Source of the DNA: Gammaproteobacteria bacterium
GTDB taxonomy: Bacteria > Pseudomonadota > Gammaproteobacteria > JASBUN01
Direction: 5' to 3'
Length of the DNA: 64,000 nucleotides
Assembly (NCBI GenBank): GCA_030147845.1
Contig: JASBUN010000022.1
Coordinates: forward strand, 6,152-70,151
The position numbers and the translations under genes were made by a program. Positions 39,474 through 50,247 of the stretch are shown here, piece after piece (within the stretch, counting starts at the first letter, position 1; the number at the start of each line of letters is the position of its first letter). The notes below the pieces were generated by a model that saw nothing but the letters and a program-made list of their open reading frames with translations, made no database searches and was not told the origin of the DNA.

Positions 39474-41366
39474 ATGCCTGTCATCTCCCTCGAAAATGTG
39501 TCTATGGCCTACGGCCACGTGGCTTTGCTCGACGCCGTGTCGCTGCAACTGGAAGCCGGTGAGCGCGTCTGTCTGGTGGGCTGCAATGGCACCGGCAAAT
39601 CGACCTTGATGCGTGTGCTGAGCGGTGCCGTGCTGGCCGATGACGGTAGCGTCTGGCGGCAGCCGGGCATTCGGGTCGCGCACTTGGAGCAGGAGGTGCC
39701 GGTTGACGAGCAGCGCTCGGTGTTCGATGTAGTCGCAGAAGGGCTGGGAAATTTGGCTGCGCATATCTCTGCCTATCACCGCACCACGGTCGAACTTGAG
39801 CGCGAACCGTCGGATGAGCTGGTACAGCAGTTGGCGCATTTGCAGATGGCGCTCGAAGCCGAAGACGGTTGGCGTTTGCAGCAACGCGTGGAAACGGTGC
39901 TTACGAAGTTGGGATTGCCGGCCGATCAAACGGTGTGTTCGTTGTCAGGTGGCGCCAAACGTCGAGTCCTGATGGCGCGCGCGTTAGTGGTCGAGCCGGA
40001 GCTTTTGTTGCTCGATGAGCCGACCAATCACCTCGACATCGATACGATCCAGTGGCTCGAAGAGGTACTGCTCGCCTATTCGGGCGCGTTGCTGTTTATC
40101 ACCCATGATCGGGCGTTTCTACAGCGCTTGGCCACCCGTATCGTTGAATTGGACAGGGGGTCGTTGACTTCGTGGCCCGGCGATTATGAGCGCTATATCG
40201 CCCTACGCCAGGAGCGGCTGGAGGTCGAGGCGCAGCACCGGGCTAAATTTGAAAAAAAGCTGGCTCAAGAAGAGACCTGGATCCGTCAGGGGATCAAGGC
40301 GCGCCGTACGCGCAACGAAGGTCGTGTGCGTGCTTTGGAGGCGTTACGCCAGGAGCATGCGCGACGCCGCGAGCTGCGCGGCAACGCGCGCTTGTCACTG
40401 GACCGTGGTGATACATCCGGCAAATTAGTGCTGGAAGCGGAGCACGTTAGCTTTGGCTATGAAGGTGCGACCATAGTTAAGGATTTTTCGACGCGCATCT
40501 TGCGCGGCGATCGGGTCGGCGTCATAGGGCCGAACGGCTGCGGCAAAAGCACGCTTATCAAGCTGTTATTGCAACGATTGGCGCCCGATGCCGGAGCGGT
40601 GCAACACGGTAGTCGACTCGATGTGGCCTTCTTCGATCAGGAGCGCGCCCAGCTCGATTTGAACAAATCCGTAGTCGACAACATTGGCGCCGGCAGTGAC
40701 ACGGTAACAATCAACGGACAATCAAAGCACGTCATGAGTTATCTGCGTGATTTTCTGTTTCCGGCTGAACGTGCGCAATCGCCGGCGCGCTCGTTGTCGG
40801 GCGGCGAACGAAATCGCCTGTTGCTGGCGCGGCTATTTACGCGCCCGGCCAACCTTCTGGTGCTGGACGAGCCGACCAATGATCTCGACATGGAAACGCT
40901 CGAACTGCTGGAGGAACTGTTGGCTGACTACGACGGTACGCTGATATTGATCAGTCATGATCGGCGCTTTCTCGACAATGTCGTGACCAGCACGCTGGCA
41001 TTCGAGGGCGAGGGCCGTTTCGTCGAATATGTCGGTGGTTATCGCGATTGGCTGCGCCAACGTCAGCCTCTACCTGCTGACGCGCCGCAGATACCCCGGA
41101 ATGCTCATTCAAATGCGCCGCCGCCGGCGCCGCCCGCGCCCAAGCCACGTAAACTCAGCTACCGCGAACAGCGTGAACTCGATGCGCTGCCGCGCGCCAT
41201 CGAGCAACTGGAAGCAGAACAGTCGGCCTTGCAGGCGCGTATCGCAGAGCCGCAATTTTACCGCGGCGCCGCCGCCGACGTCGCCACCGCCGTGCAGCGC
41301 CTGGAGGAGCTTGGGCAGCAACTGCAGCGCTCCTACGATCGTTGGCAAGAGCTTGATGAACGCTAG
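39474..41366 (+). CDS. uup: ABC-F family ATPase Uup (two ABC domains plus C-terminal coiled-coil domain)
   Basis: Two Walker A sites (GCNGTGKST, GPNGCGKST), two signatures (LSGGAKRRV, LSGGERNRLLLARL), the WIRQGIKARRTRNEGRVRAL inter-domain linker typical of Uup; 630 aa. Confidence 0.85.
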   Translation: MPVISLENVSMAYGHVALLDAVSLQLEAGERVCLVGCNGTGKSTLMRVLSGAVLADDGSVWRQPGIRVAHLEQEVPVDEQRSVFDVVAEGLGNLAAHISAYHRTTVELEREPSDELVQQLAHLQMALEAEDGWRLQQRVETVLTKLGLPADQTVCSLSGGAKRRVLMARALVVEPELLLLDEPTNHLDIDTIQWLEEVLLAYSGALLFITHDRAFLQRLATRIVELDRGSLTSWPGDYERYIALRQERLEVEAQHRAKFEKKLAQEETWIRQGIKARRTRNEGRVRALEALRQEHARRRELRGNARLSLDRGDTSGKLVLEAEHVSFGYEGATIVKDFSTRILRGDRVGVIGPNGCGKSTLIKLLLQRLAPDAGAVQHGSRLDVAFFDQERAQLDLNKSVVDNIGAGSDTVTINGQSKHVMSYLRDFLFPAERAQSPARSLSGGERNRLLLARLFTRPANLLVLDEPTNDLDMETLELLEELLADYDGTLILISHDRRFLDNVVTSTLAFEGEGRFVEYVGGYRDWLRQRQPLPADAPQIPRNAHSNAPPPAPPAPKPRKLSYREQRELDALPRAIEQLEAEQSALQARIAEPQFYRGAAADVATAVQRLEELGQQLQRSYDRWQELDER

Positions 41367-41538
41367 AAAGGCTTGGATGAGTGCGCGGCAGCAGCGTTGA
41401 TCGCCGTGAAAAGCGGTCCAGAATGCTCGTCATAGCGCCTGTAAACCGGACTGGGTTACCGCCATCCGCCGCGCCTTCGTACTGTTGATTGCAGCAAGCA
41501 AAGAAGTGCTCGTTGGTCCGATGCCTCGATCGCAAACT

Positions 41539-42282
41539 TCAATTCGGTTCGTTGTAGCTCATACAGCGCAGGGCGGTCGCGCCACCGCGCACGGCAATGC
41601 AAGCGGCGTAATCGGGTATCGGCGGTAGATCGCGTGCGCGGCACGGCTTTAAGCCGTCCTCGCTGGTTTGCCAGATACTATCGGGCGCGGCATGGACGGG
41701 TGTATAGATTCGGCCCAGTCCGCCTTTGCGTATGCCCTCGCCAGTGCCTTTGAGTAGTGCTTCTTTTCGCGTCCAGGAGAGGAAAAACGCCTGTCGTCGT
41801 TCGGCCGGTGATATTGTCTCCAAGGCATCGGCTTCGGCCTTCAGAAAGAAGCGCCGGGCCAATTTCAAGGCGGCAATGTTGTCGCGCATGTACTCTAGAT
41901 CGACGCCGACTTCGCAATTCGCTGATACCGCAAGTAGCGCCACGTCAGCGGAGTTGGATAAATTGAACTGCAACACGTGCGCGCCGGCTAAATAGGGCTT
42001 ACCGTAGATGCCGCGATCAAACTCCACATCGGCGGCATTGCCGCCCAGGTAAGCCGCTAACAGCGTGCGCATCATACCGTGTGAGACGATATGCCGCCGC
42101 CGTGCGTCGTCGCGCGTAAGCCGTTGCGCACGGCGAAGCTCGTCGGCGTTCAAGCAGCGCTTTAACTCGGCGACTCGATCCGCCGAGTGACGCAGCGAAA
42201 AACGCCAAACGTGTATTTCGTCGGCGTTAAGCTGTGGTGGCCTGCTGGTCGGAATCCAGTGCTCTTGCGCGTGTGTCGACAT
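41539..42282 (-). CDS. 4'-phosphopantetheinyl transferase, Sfp/EntD-type
   Basis: FNLSNSADVALLAV and WTRKEALLKGTGEGI PPTase motifs. Start taken at the internal Met (MSTHAQEHW), about 247 aa, rather than the track start at 42423. Confidence 0.7.
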   Translation of the reverse strand: MSTHAQEHWIPTSRPPQLNADEIHVWRFSLRHSADRVAELKRCLNADELRRAQRLTRDDARRRHIVSHGMMRTLLAAYLGGNAADVEFDRGIYGKPYLAGAHVLQFNLSNSADVALLAVSANCEVGVDLEYMRDNIAALKLARRFFLKAEADALETISPAERRQAFFLSWTRKEALLKGTGEGIRKGGLGRIYTPVHAAPDSIWQTSEDGLKPCRARDLPPIPDYAACIAVRGGATALRCMSYNEPN

Positions 42283-42414
42283 GATGGGCAGAAGCCGTGT
42301 CTGATGAAAAGATACGCCAATTGTACACAACCAAAACCGATCGCGGCGGTGCCAACTTGGCGCCAGCGGAGTTACCATGGCCTCCAGCCCTGGCAACAGT
42401 GTGGAGATGCAACG

Positions 42415-43896
42415 ATGAGGCACCTGAAATCGGCAGGTATGCTGCTAATCGCAGCCGCTGCGTCAGCGATCGCCGTGCCCGGCTCGGCGGCCGATTCTTT
42501 GACTATTTATAGCAGCGGTAATCGAAGCGCTATGGCGCAGCCATCCGGTGTCGGCGGCTTGGCAGTGGTACGCCAGGAGCATGAGTTCACATTATCGCAA
42601 GCACACGATACGGTGCGTCTGGTCGGGGTAGCGGCGCGCATCGATCCGACGACGGTAACGTTTCATTCGTTGACCGATCCATCGACGCGCGTGACCGAGC
42701 AGCGCTATCGTTACGACATGGCGCGCGGATCCAGCCTGTTGAATCGCTATCTTGGCCGCACGGTGACGGTCGACCAAATTCGCGGCAACCAAGTCGTATC
42801 AACGACCGGCACTCTGCTAAGCACGCACGACGGTGTTGTCTTACGCGACGCCGACGGCGGCATACAGCTCATACGACGCTACGCGAATCTACACTTGCCG
42901 CCGCCGGCGGTGGCGCTGGTGACGCAGCCGACGTTGGTCTGGAAAGTGGCGGCTTCTCACCCCGGCCCCAAACGCGTACGCGTGAGCTATCAGACGGCAG
43001 GCATGAACTGGTGGGCGGATTATATCTTGCGCTATCGTGACGATGGCGATGACGGCCGCTGCAGTGCAGATCTCGACGCCTGGGTGAGCGTCGCCAACCA
43101 ATCCGGTGCGAGTTATAAAGGCGCGCAACTGAAGTTGGTGGCCGGTGATATACATCGCGCTAAGCAAGTCATGCCAATCGCCCGGCGCGCCATGGCGGCC
43201 GCCGAAAGTGGTATCTCGTCAGCGGGGTTTCAGCAAAAATCATTGTTCGAATACCACCTTTATACGCTCGGCCATCGAATTACGCTGCCTGACGATACTA
43301 CGACGCAAGTCGAATTTATGCCGACCGCCAAGGCGATTCCGTGCGCGAAACGATGGGTCTACCACGGCTATACGCCGCGCTATCGGGGTACTAGCGGCCG
43401 GCCGTTGCTCGATCAAAACCCCGCGCCGCAGCCTGACGCCGGCGTCAAGGTGTATCTCGAATTCCGCAATGACAAGGCCAGCCACTTGGGATTGCCGTTG
43501 CCAGCCGGCCTGGTGCGTGTGAACAAAGTCGATAACAAGGCTGGCGATGAGGAGTTTATTGGCGAAGATCGCATTGGCCCGACGCCAAAAGATGAGCCGA
43601 TTCGACTTCAGGTGGGTAACGCATTCGATGTCGTTGGCGCAAGAAAACAGCTCGCATTCCACATCGATTCGGCGCACAAACGAGTCGACGAAGAAATCGA
43701 GATCACGCTGCGTAATCACAAGCCGCGGCCGATCAGCATCATGGTAGTGGAAAGTCTCTACCGCACCGCCGACTGGGCGATCATCAAGAGTAACCACGAA
43801 TTTCAGAAAACCGATGCCGGGACGATCCAGTTTCCCACCACGGTTGGCGCGGATAAAAAAGTTACCGTGCGCTATACGGTGCGTTATTCATGGTAA
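42415..43896 (+). CDS. Secreted DUF4139-family protein (MuiA-like conserved hypothetical)
   Basis: Signal peptide MRHLKSAGMLLIAAAASAIAVPGSAA; about 493 aa; the 42187 extension is rejected because it overlaps the divergent PPTase gene. Confidence 0.5.
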   Translation: MRHLKSAGMLLIAAAASAIAVPGSAADSLTIYSSGNRSAMAQPSGVGGLAVVRQEHEFTLSQAHDTVRLVGVAARIDPTTVTFHSLTDPSTRVTEQRYRYDMARGSSLLNRYLGRTVTVDQIRGNQVVSTTGTLLSTHDGVVLRDADGGIQLIRRYANLHLPPPAVALVTQPTLVWKVAASHPGPKRVRVSYQTAGMNWWADYILRYRDDGDDGRCSADLDAWVSVANQSGASYKGAQLKLVAGDIHRAKQVMPIARRAMAAAESGISSAGFQQKSLFEYHLYTLGHRITLPDDTTTQVEFMPTAKAIPCAKRWVYHGYTPRYRGTSGRPLLDQNPAPQPDAGVKVYLEFRNDKASHLGLPLPAGLVRVNKVDNKAGDEEFIGEDRIGPTPKDEPIRLQVGNAFDVVGARKQLAFHIDSAHKRVDEEIEITLRNHKPRPISIMVVESLYRTADWAIIKSNHEFQKTDAGTIQFPTTVGADKKVTVRYTVRYSW

Positions 43897-44148
43897 TCGT
43901 GACGGCTTGTGATGGGCGTGGTCGGTGCTGCACAGGAATTGTGTAACTATCGATGGCCACGCCCGCGCGCTCCCGCCGCGCTCGTACCGGATGGCTGCTG
44001 GAAGCCGGCTGGTCGATTGCATGGTGTGCGCTTCTGCGGTACTCTGTCGCGCCTGCAGCCGCCGGATGATCGATTTCGGGTTATTCAGGGCTTCGCTAGC
44101 GGTCGGCAATGCGCTGCTATGTCGAGCCGGCGGACGGCGGGAGTTTTT

Positions 44149-44239
<91 letters not shown>

Positions 44240-44443
44240 AACCGTTTGTAGGCGAAAGCGCTGGGCCATGGCGTTTTCGTCTGAGTGGCGGATTCGAGCC
44301 GTCGGTTTCGATTGATTGGTTCGGCCGATTGATTCGGTAAGCGGTGTCGCCTAACGCGAGCAATCCATCCCGCGCTGCCGCCGAGCATTGCTGATTTTGG
44401 CTGACATGGTCACGATCGACGTCTTAAACTAAAGGTACCGCTC

Positions 44444-44564
<121 letters not shown>

Positions 44565-44715
44565 AAGCCGGCCCAGGCCTGCAATAATCAATGACTTGCC
44601 GTGATTCGCGCCGGTTTGGGCTGCGGTAACGGTTTCTCGCCAGCAGTGTTTCCGATATCATTTCCCGATCTGTTTGAAGCGCCCCGCGAGCCGTTCTGGA
44701 GAGTATTCCAATATC

Positions 44716-46368
44716 ATGAGCTATCAGGTGTTGGCCCGAAAATGGCGCCCACGCAATTTCGGTGAGATGGTCGGTCAGGAGCATGTGCTGCGTGCCCTGG
44801 TCAATGCGCTGGACCATGACCGTCTGCACCACGCGTTCTTGTTTACCGGTACGCGCGGGGTGGGCAAGACCACGATTGCGCGTATCTTGGCCAAATCACT
44901 CAACTGCGAGGCAGGCGTGAGTTCGTCGCCATGCGGCCGGTGTTCCTCTTGCTGCGAGATCGACGAGGGACGTTTTGTCGATCTCATCGAGGTCGACGCC
45001 GCTTCGCGCACCAAGGTCGAGGACACGCGCGAGCTGTTGGAGAATGTGCAATACGCGCCCAGCCGTGGACGCTACAAGGTCTATCTGATCGACGAAGTGC
45101 ATATGCTTTCCGATCACAGCTTCAATGCTTTGCTGAAGACGCTCGAAGAACCACCGCCACACGTTAAATTCTTGTTGGCGACTACGGATCCGCAAAAACT
45201 GCCGATTACGATTTTGTCGCGGTGTCTGCAGTTCAGTCTCAAGCGCCTGCCGATACGATTGATCGCCGATCACCTGACCGAGATCATGCGGCGTGAAGAG
45301 ATCGCTGCCGATGCGCCAGCGCTGCAAGAGATCGCGCGCGCGGCTGACGGCAGCATGCGTGACGCTCTCAGTCTGCTCGATCAGGCCATTGCCCACGGTG
45401 GCGGTCGCGTTGTTGATCAGGATGTGCGCGACATGCTCGGCACCATCGAGCGCGGCCAGGTTTTCGATCTGCTGCATGCGCTGGCCGCCAGTGACGGCCA
45501 GGCTGTGTTGGAGGTGGTCGAGACGCTGGCGCAGCAGGCGCCGGATTTCGAAGCCGTGTTGGCGGAGCTGACTTCGGTGTTGCATCGGGTGGCAGTCGCG
45601 CAAGCAGTACCCGGCGCAGTGGACGACAGCCTCGGCGACGCCGATGCAGTGCGCAAACTGGCCGGCCTGGTCGGCGCCGAAGATCTGCAATTGTTTTATC
45701 AGATCGCATTGATCGGCCGCCGCGATCTGCCGTTGGCGCCGGATCCGCGCAGTGGATTGGAAATGGTGTTGCTGCGCATGTTGGCCTTCCGCCCCAGCGC
45801 GATGCCGGGTCCGGCGCTGACGTCGGCAGTGGAACAAAACGCCGCGCGCAATTCCGCTGTGGCCACGCCGGCGGCCTCGCCAAGCCGGACGCCAAGCCGG
45901 ACGCCAAGCGCACGTCCGGCGCCCGTCGAGGCGAAGCACCCCGCGCCATTGTCATCGTCAGCGCCAGCGGCGGCGCCATTGAGCGAAACGAGCGATGAGT
46001 GGGGCGGCATTGTCGCCGCCCTCGGATTACGCGCGGCGGCGCGCGAGTTGGCGGTCAATTGCGCGCTCGTAAGTCGCGACGACAAGCGTATTGTGCTGGC
46101 GCTCGATCCGGTGCACGAGCAACTGGCCGGCAACAACGTACGTCAGCGCTTGGAGCAGGCCTTGCAACAGCATTTCAATGCACCGATCAAGCTCGATATC
46201 ACGATTACCAAACCGGATGCTGAAACGCCGGCGACGCGCCGGGCGCGATTGCAGGACGAGCGACACCAGGCTGCGGTGCAGTCCATAGAGGACGACGCTG
46301 TGGTCAAAAATCTACGTGACGTATTCAATGCTGAGGTCCGGCCGGACCTGATTCAGCCGGTTGATTGA
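44716..46368 (+). CDS. dnaX: DNA polymerase III subunit tau/gamma
   Basis: [24 protein letters not shown] Walker A, zinc module [13 protein letters not shown], Pro/Ala/Ser-rich linker. 550 aa from the ATG at 44716. Confidence 0.9.
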   Translation: MSYQVLARKWRPRNFGEMVGQEHVLRALVNALDHDRLHHAFLFTGTRGVGKTTIARILAKSLNCEAGVSSSPCGRCSSCCEIDEGRFVDLIEVDAASRTKVEDTRELLENVQYAPSRGRYKVYLIDEVHMLSDHSFNALLKTLEEPPPHVKFLLATTDPQKLPITILSRCLQFSLKRLPIRLIADHLTEIMRREEIAADAPALQEIARAADGSMRDALSLLDQAIAHGGGRVVDQDVRDMLGTIERGQVFDLLHALAASDGQAVLEVVETLAQQAPDFEAVLAELTSVLHRVAVAQAVPGAVDDSLGDADAVRKLAGLVGAEDLQLFYQIALIGRRDLPLAPDPRSGLEMVLLRMLAFRPSAMPGPALTSAVEQNAARNSAVATPAASPSRTPSRTPSARPAPVEAKHPAPLSSSAPAAAPLSETSDEWGGIVAALGLRAAARELAVNCALVSRDDKRIVLALDPVHEQLAGNNVRQRLEQALQQHFNAPIKLDITITKPDAETPATRRARLQDERHQAAVQSIEDDAVVKNLRDVFNAEVRPDLIQPVD

Positions 46369-46409
46369 AACAGCTCCGTATAGCAACCCAGACGACGAGG
46401 AATACAGAC

Positions 46410-46733
46410 ATGAAAGGCGGTCTCGGAAACTTGATGAAGCAGGCGCAGAAGATGCAGGAGGACATGCAGAAGGCGCAGGCGGAGTTGGCGCAAATGGAAG
46501 TGACCGGCGAAGCCGGTGGCGGACTGGTGCGCATAGTCACCAATGGCCGTCACGAGGTCAAGCGCGTTACGCTGGATGACAGTCTGCTGCAGGAGGATCG
46601 CGACATGCTCGAGGATCTGATCGCCGCGGCCATTAACGATGCCGTGCATAAGGTTGAAAAAACCACCCAGGAAAAAATGTCATCGTTGACGTCCGGACTG
46701 CCGCTACCGCCTGGAATGAAGTTGCCGTTTTAA
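46410..46733 (+). CDS. ybaB: Nucleoid-associated protein YbaB/EbfC
   Basis: [21 protein letters not shown]...LPPGMKLPF is near-identical in pattern to E. coli YbaB; GAGGAA RBS. Confidence 0.9.
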   Translation: MKGGLGNLMKQAQKMQEDMQKAQAELAQMEVTGEAGGGLVRIVTNGRHEVKRVTLDDSLLQEDRDMLEDLIAAAINDAVHKVEKTTQEKMSSLTSGLPLPPGMKLPF

Positions 46734-46734
46734 T

Positions 46735-47331
46735 ATGGGTTATTCGCCACTGATCGACCGGCTTGTCGAGTCGCTGCGTTGTTTACCCGGCGTTGGGCCG
46801 AAATCGGCGCAGCGCATGGCCTTTCACCTATTGGAGCGCAACCGCGAAGGTGCTTTGGCGCTGAGCGACAATCTGCGCCAGGCGGTGGAGGGTATCGGCA
46901 ATTGCCGCTCGTGTCGCACGCTGACCGAACATGACCAGTGCAGCTTGTGTGCCAGTGACCGTCGTGATCGCACCGTGCTGTGCGTGGTGGAGACGCCCGC
47001 TGATGTATTGGTGTTGGAGAAAGCGACCGGCTTCCGGGGCTTGTACTTCGTGCTCATGGGCCACTTGTCGCCGCTCGATGGGATTGGGCCGAAAGAACTC
47101 GGCATGGACCTGCTGCTCGATCGCTTGGATCAAGGTGAGATCGTCGAAGTGATCTTGGCGACTAACGCTACCGTCGAAGGTGAGGCGACGGCCCATTATA
47201 TCAGCCAGGCGGCGCGCAGCCGGGGCATCCGCTCGACGCGCATTGCGCACGGCGTACCGCTGGGCGGCGAGTTGGAATATATTGATGGTGGTACGCTGTC
47301 GCACGCATTTGCCGATCGCCGCGAGACTTAG
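46735..47331 (+). CDS. recR: Recombination protein RecR
   Basis: C4 zinc finger [16 protein letters not shown], Toprim domain; 198 aa; ybaB-recR gene order. Confidence 0.9.
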   Translation: MGYSPLIDRLVESLRCLPGVGPKSAQRMAFHLLERNREGALALSDNLRQAVEGIGNCRSCRTLTEHDQCSLCASDRRDRTVLCVVETPADVLVLEKATGFRGLYFVLMGHLSPLDGIGPKELGMDLLLDRLDQGEIVEVILATNATVEGEATAHYISQAARSRGIRSTRIAHGVPLGGELEYIDGGTLSHAFADRRET

Positions 47332-47510
47332 CCGGTAAGCGACTGCGCCCGGGAGGCGGCTCCGAGCGTTACGCCGACTTTCGTCGGCTGTAGCGATTTC
47401 CAGGCAAATTCCGTCACTTGTGCTATTCTACTGGAGTTCCGGTCGCTTGCGGTGTGCGACTGATCGATTGATCAATTACTCCGGTGCCGTGTTGATCGGC
47501 GACATTCCCG

Positions 47511-47837
47511 ATGGAAATAGGCTCGCTCCCCACATTGGTGTCACCGCGCCCCGCGACCACGCGCTCGGGAGTCGGCGGCGTGCGCGCGTCGTCCGCACAA
47601 ACCAACAATGGGCCGGTCCTGCACGGTGAGCTGCTGCGGCGCGAACGCCAGCAGGGCGAGCAGTTCAACGCCAAAGCAGAGGTGATAAAAGCGCGCCGGC
47701 GCGACGATCACCCGGCTTTTCAGCGCCGTCATGATAACCCTAATTACACCCAGCGACTCGCCATGCAAGCCTACCAAGCGCACACCTCAATAGCGCAGCA
47801 AGGCAACGCCCGCGGGCGCGTCGACTATTTCGCATAG
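47511..47837 (+). CDS. Hypothetical small protein (about 108 aa), no recognisable domain
   Basis: Gene-like GC3-rich codon usage in an otherwise unassigned 570-bp gap between recR and the HIT gene; start uncertain. Confidence 0.25.
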   Translation: MEIGSLPTLVSPRPATTRSGVGGVRASSAQTNNGPVLHGELLRRERQQGEQFNAKAEVIKARRRDDHPAFQRRHDNPNYTQRLAMQAYQAHTSIAQQGNARGRVDYFA

Positions 47838-47954
47838 CGGTTTTAGCCTGATCTGGCCGGGTCATTACTGGCACGGCGCGGGGACGAGTGTCGACGATTT
47901 ATTATGGCGCGCGTAGGTGCCTTGATCTCAGCTGCGAGGAAGGAGAATAAGAGC

Positions 47955-48299
47955 ATGAACGATTGTGTTTTTTGTCGCATGGTCAGCGGCGAGATTAAAC
48001 CCGACATCGTCTACGAAGACGAATGGGTATTGGCCTTCCGCGATCTTAATCCGAAGGCGCCGACGCACGTACTGGTCGTTCCGCGCGAGCATATTGCCAC
48101 CCTCAATGATCTGGAACAGAAACACGCGGAGCTGGTTGGGCGCATGTATTTGGCCGCGAAGTACGTCGCCGAACAGGATAACATCGCCGAGCCTGGTTAT
48201 CGGACGGTTATCAACTGTAACGCCGAGGCCGGTCAAAGCGTATATCACTTACATCTGCATGTGCTCGGCGGACGTACCATGACATGGCCGCCGGGCTGA
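47955..48299 (+). CDS. HIT-family (histidine triad, Hint-like) nucleotide hydrolase
   Basis: HLHLHVLGG histidine triad, N-terminal CVFCRMVSGEI; AGGAG RBS before the ATG at 47955. Confidence 0.85.
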   Translation: MNDCVFCRMVSGEIKPDIVYEDEWVLAFRDLNPKAPTHVLVVPREHIATLNDLEQKHAELVGRMYLAAKYVAEQDNIAEPGYRTVINCNAEAGQSVYHLHLHVLGGRTMTWPPG

Positions 48300-48317
48300 G
48301 TAAGCGACCACTGATCA

Positions 48318-48950
48318 TGCGTGCATGGGTTTGGTTCATCCATACATGGCCGAAAACGCATAAAGCCGATGTTTTCTTTGCGAGCTTGGCGGCTTTGCGA
48401 GAGATTAAGGTTTGGTCAACACAAATGATGCTCTCGCAAAGACGCGGAGCCCGCCAAGGTGAATTAGGTCGCCTCATGTCGTGACTTCCGAATGATGCAC
48501 GGATGAATCCGTGCCTACAAAATCAAGCGGCCGTGCATGACACCTCCAGCCGAAGAAATCCCCACCTTGTAGGCACGGCTTCAGCCGTGCACGGGTCTGC
48601 TTTGGTCCAGCCATGCATCGTTGAAAACACATAAAACTGTCCCTTCTTTGCGCGCTTGGCGGCTTGGCGAGAGATTAAGGTTTGGTCAACACGAGGTGAT
48701 GCTCTCGCACAGACGCGGAGCCCGCCAAGGTGAATTAGGTCGCCTCATGTCGTGACTTTCGAATGATGCACGGATGAATCCGTGCCTACAAGATAGGCGG
48801 CGATATTCAAACGCATCTGCCGCGCTCGAGCGTGTTCATTTTGATTTTGTAGGCACGGTTTTAACCGTGCATGGGTTTGGTCCAGCCATGCATCGTTGAA
48901 AACGCATAAAACTGTCCCTTCTTTGCGCGCTCGGCGGCTTTGCGACAGGT
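48318..48950. repeat. Cluster of about 2.5 composite intergenic repeats (about 200-230 bp units) containing GTAG-headed REP-like hairpins (GCACGG-loop-CCGTGC)
   Basis: Unit ...GAAAAC(A/G)CATAAAACTGTCCCTTCTTTGCGCGCTTGGCGGCTTGGCGAGAGATTAAGGTTTGGTCAACAC...GATGCTCTCGCA...GCCAAGGTGAATTAGGTCGCCTCATGTCGTGACTT.CGAATGATGCACGGATGAATCCGTGCCTACA is repeated at 48318-48510 and 48567-48791 and partially at 48847-48950; related to repeats at 62990-63495. Confidence 0.85.
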
Positions 48951-49048
48951 TCGTTACGCTGAAACTGACCCCACTGAAAACGATGCCGGGTTGCCAGGAA
49001 TAGTCATAAAACTTCGCGCGATGGGGCTGGATCGTCGCGTACCAGGGG

Positions 49049-50134
49049 TTACGAAAAAATATCTTTGGTTTCTTCTTTTACGGCTTCCATGATGAGCTGG
49101 TAGCTCTGTAAGCGATGGCGGTCTACTTGTCCGGCCGCTACCGCTTCGAGCAGGGAACAGCCTGGTTCCATGCTGTGCGTGCAGTTGCTGAATTTGCAAG
49201 TGCCGAGAAACGGGCGAAACTCGATAAAGCCGTGGGCGATACGCTCGGCTTCGATGTGCCAAACGCCGAAGTCCCGCACGCCGGGTGAGTCGATCAGTTG
49301 GCCGCCCGACGGCAACTGGTATAAAGCCGACGTGGTGGTTGTATGGCGCCCCCGCTGGGCTTTCGACAGCGCGCCGACACGCACATCTTCATGCGGCAGA
49401 AGTGCCTGCACCAGCGATGACTTCCCAACGCCGGACTGACCCACCAGAATGCTGGTGCGGTCGTTGAGTTGTTGGCGTAAATCATCCAGCCCATGTTCCA
49501 CTTTGACACTGGTGAGCAGAACACGATAACCAATATCGCGGTAAGCTTGCAGGTGTTTGGTGAGTCCGGTGTTGGCCTGGGAGCCGAGTAAATCGGTTTT
49601 ATTGATGACGATTACCGGTGTGATGCCAATGCTCTCGGCGGTCAACACGTAGCGGTCGATCAGCTGTCTGCCCGGCAACGGTTCGCCGGTAGCGACAATG
49701 ACGATCTGATCGATGTTGGCCGCCACCGCCTTCTGTTGTCTGCCCGCGTCAGGGCGTGAGAGTAGGGTCTTGCGCGCCAGCACCGCTACCACTACACCAT
49801 CTTCGCCGCCGCTCGCTTGCCACACCACACGGTCACCGCACACCAGCGCGCCGAGATTCTGTCTGCTCACACAGCGAACGATTTCGCCATCGTCGCTGCG
49901 TATGTCAGCGCTGTTTCCGTAACGGCATATCACCCGACCGTGGCGTTCGGCACCGAGGGATTCAGCTTGCTGGGGTTGCGGGTCATGGCTGGCGTCGCGC
50001 GCACGCGTGGCACGCGCGTTCTGCCGTTGTTTAATTCGCCCCCGCTGCTGGTCGCTAAGCCTACGGTTGCTCATCGGCACGGCAGGCAAGTTTGGTGCGG
50101 CAATGGCGCGGGCGTTGCGTTTGGCTCGGTTCAT
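49049..50134 (-). CDS. rsgA: Ribosome small-subunit-dependent GTPase A (RsgA/YjeQ)
   Basis: GQSGVGKSSL G1 motif, circularly permuted GTPase (VINKTDLL precedes G1), C-terminal zinc knuckle CKFSNCTHSMEPGC. Confidence 0.85.
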   Translation of the reverse strand: MNRAKRNARAIAAPNLPAVPMSNRRLSDQQRGRIKQRQNARATRARDASHDPQPQQAESLGAERHGRVICRYGNSADIRSDDGEIVRCVSRQNLGALVCGDRVVWQASGGEDGVVVAVLARKTLLSRPDAGRQQKAVAANIDQIVIVATGEPLPGRQLIDRYVLTAESIGITPVIVINKTDLLGSQANTGLTKHLQAYRDIGYRVLLTSVKVEHGLDDLRQQLNDRTSILVGQSGVGKSSLVQALLPHEDVRVGALSKAQRGRHTTTTSALYQLPSGGQLIDSPGVRDFGVWHIEAERIAHGFIEFRPFLGTCKFSNCTHSMEPGCSLLEAVAAGQVDRHRLQSYQLIMEAVKEETKDIFS

Positions 50135-50247
50135 GCGGTTGTACTGCCACGGAACCCGCGTCCGCGCCAGTAGCGCTATAGCCGCGGTTTTTCGGCATAC
50201 ACGTGGGCCGGTGAACTTTGCCTGGCGTTACAACGCCAGGCGACGAC

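Noticed and set aside
45880-45915. Programmed -1 frameshift site for a DnaX gamma isoform
   Set aside because: No A-AAA-AAG-like slippery heptamer with a downstream hairpin was seen in dnaX; only a short in-frame CAAGCCGGACGC tandem repeat in the linker.
44896-45939. 347-aa minus-strand ORF (and 45368..45979 minus) antisense to dnaX
   Set aside because: Arg/Ala/Pro-rich low-complexity translation of the GC-rich antisense strand of a well-supported dnaX gene; no motifs.
47332-47420. Weak hairpin GCCGACtttcGTCGGC after recR as an intrinsic terminator
   Set aside because: No following T-tract; stem is only 6 bp.
48318-48950. Possible CRISPR array (regularly recurring palindromic repeats) at 48.3-48.95 kb and 62.99-63.5 kb
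   Set aside because: The units are 200-240 bp with internal mosaic structure rather than 25-40-bp repeats with unique spacers. The hairpins are imperfect and variably spaced. No cas genes or leader are present in the window.
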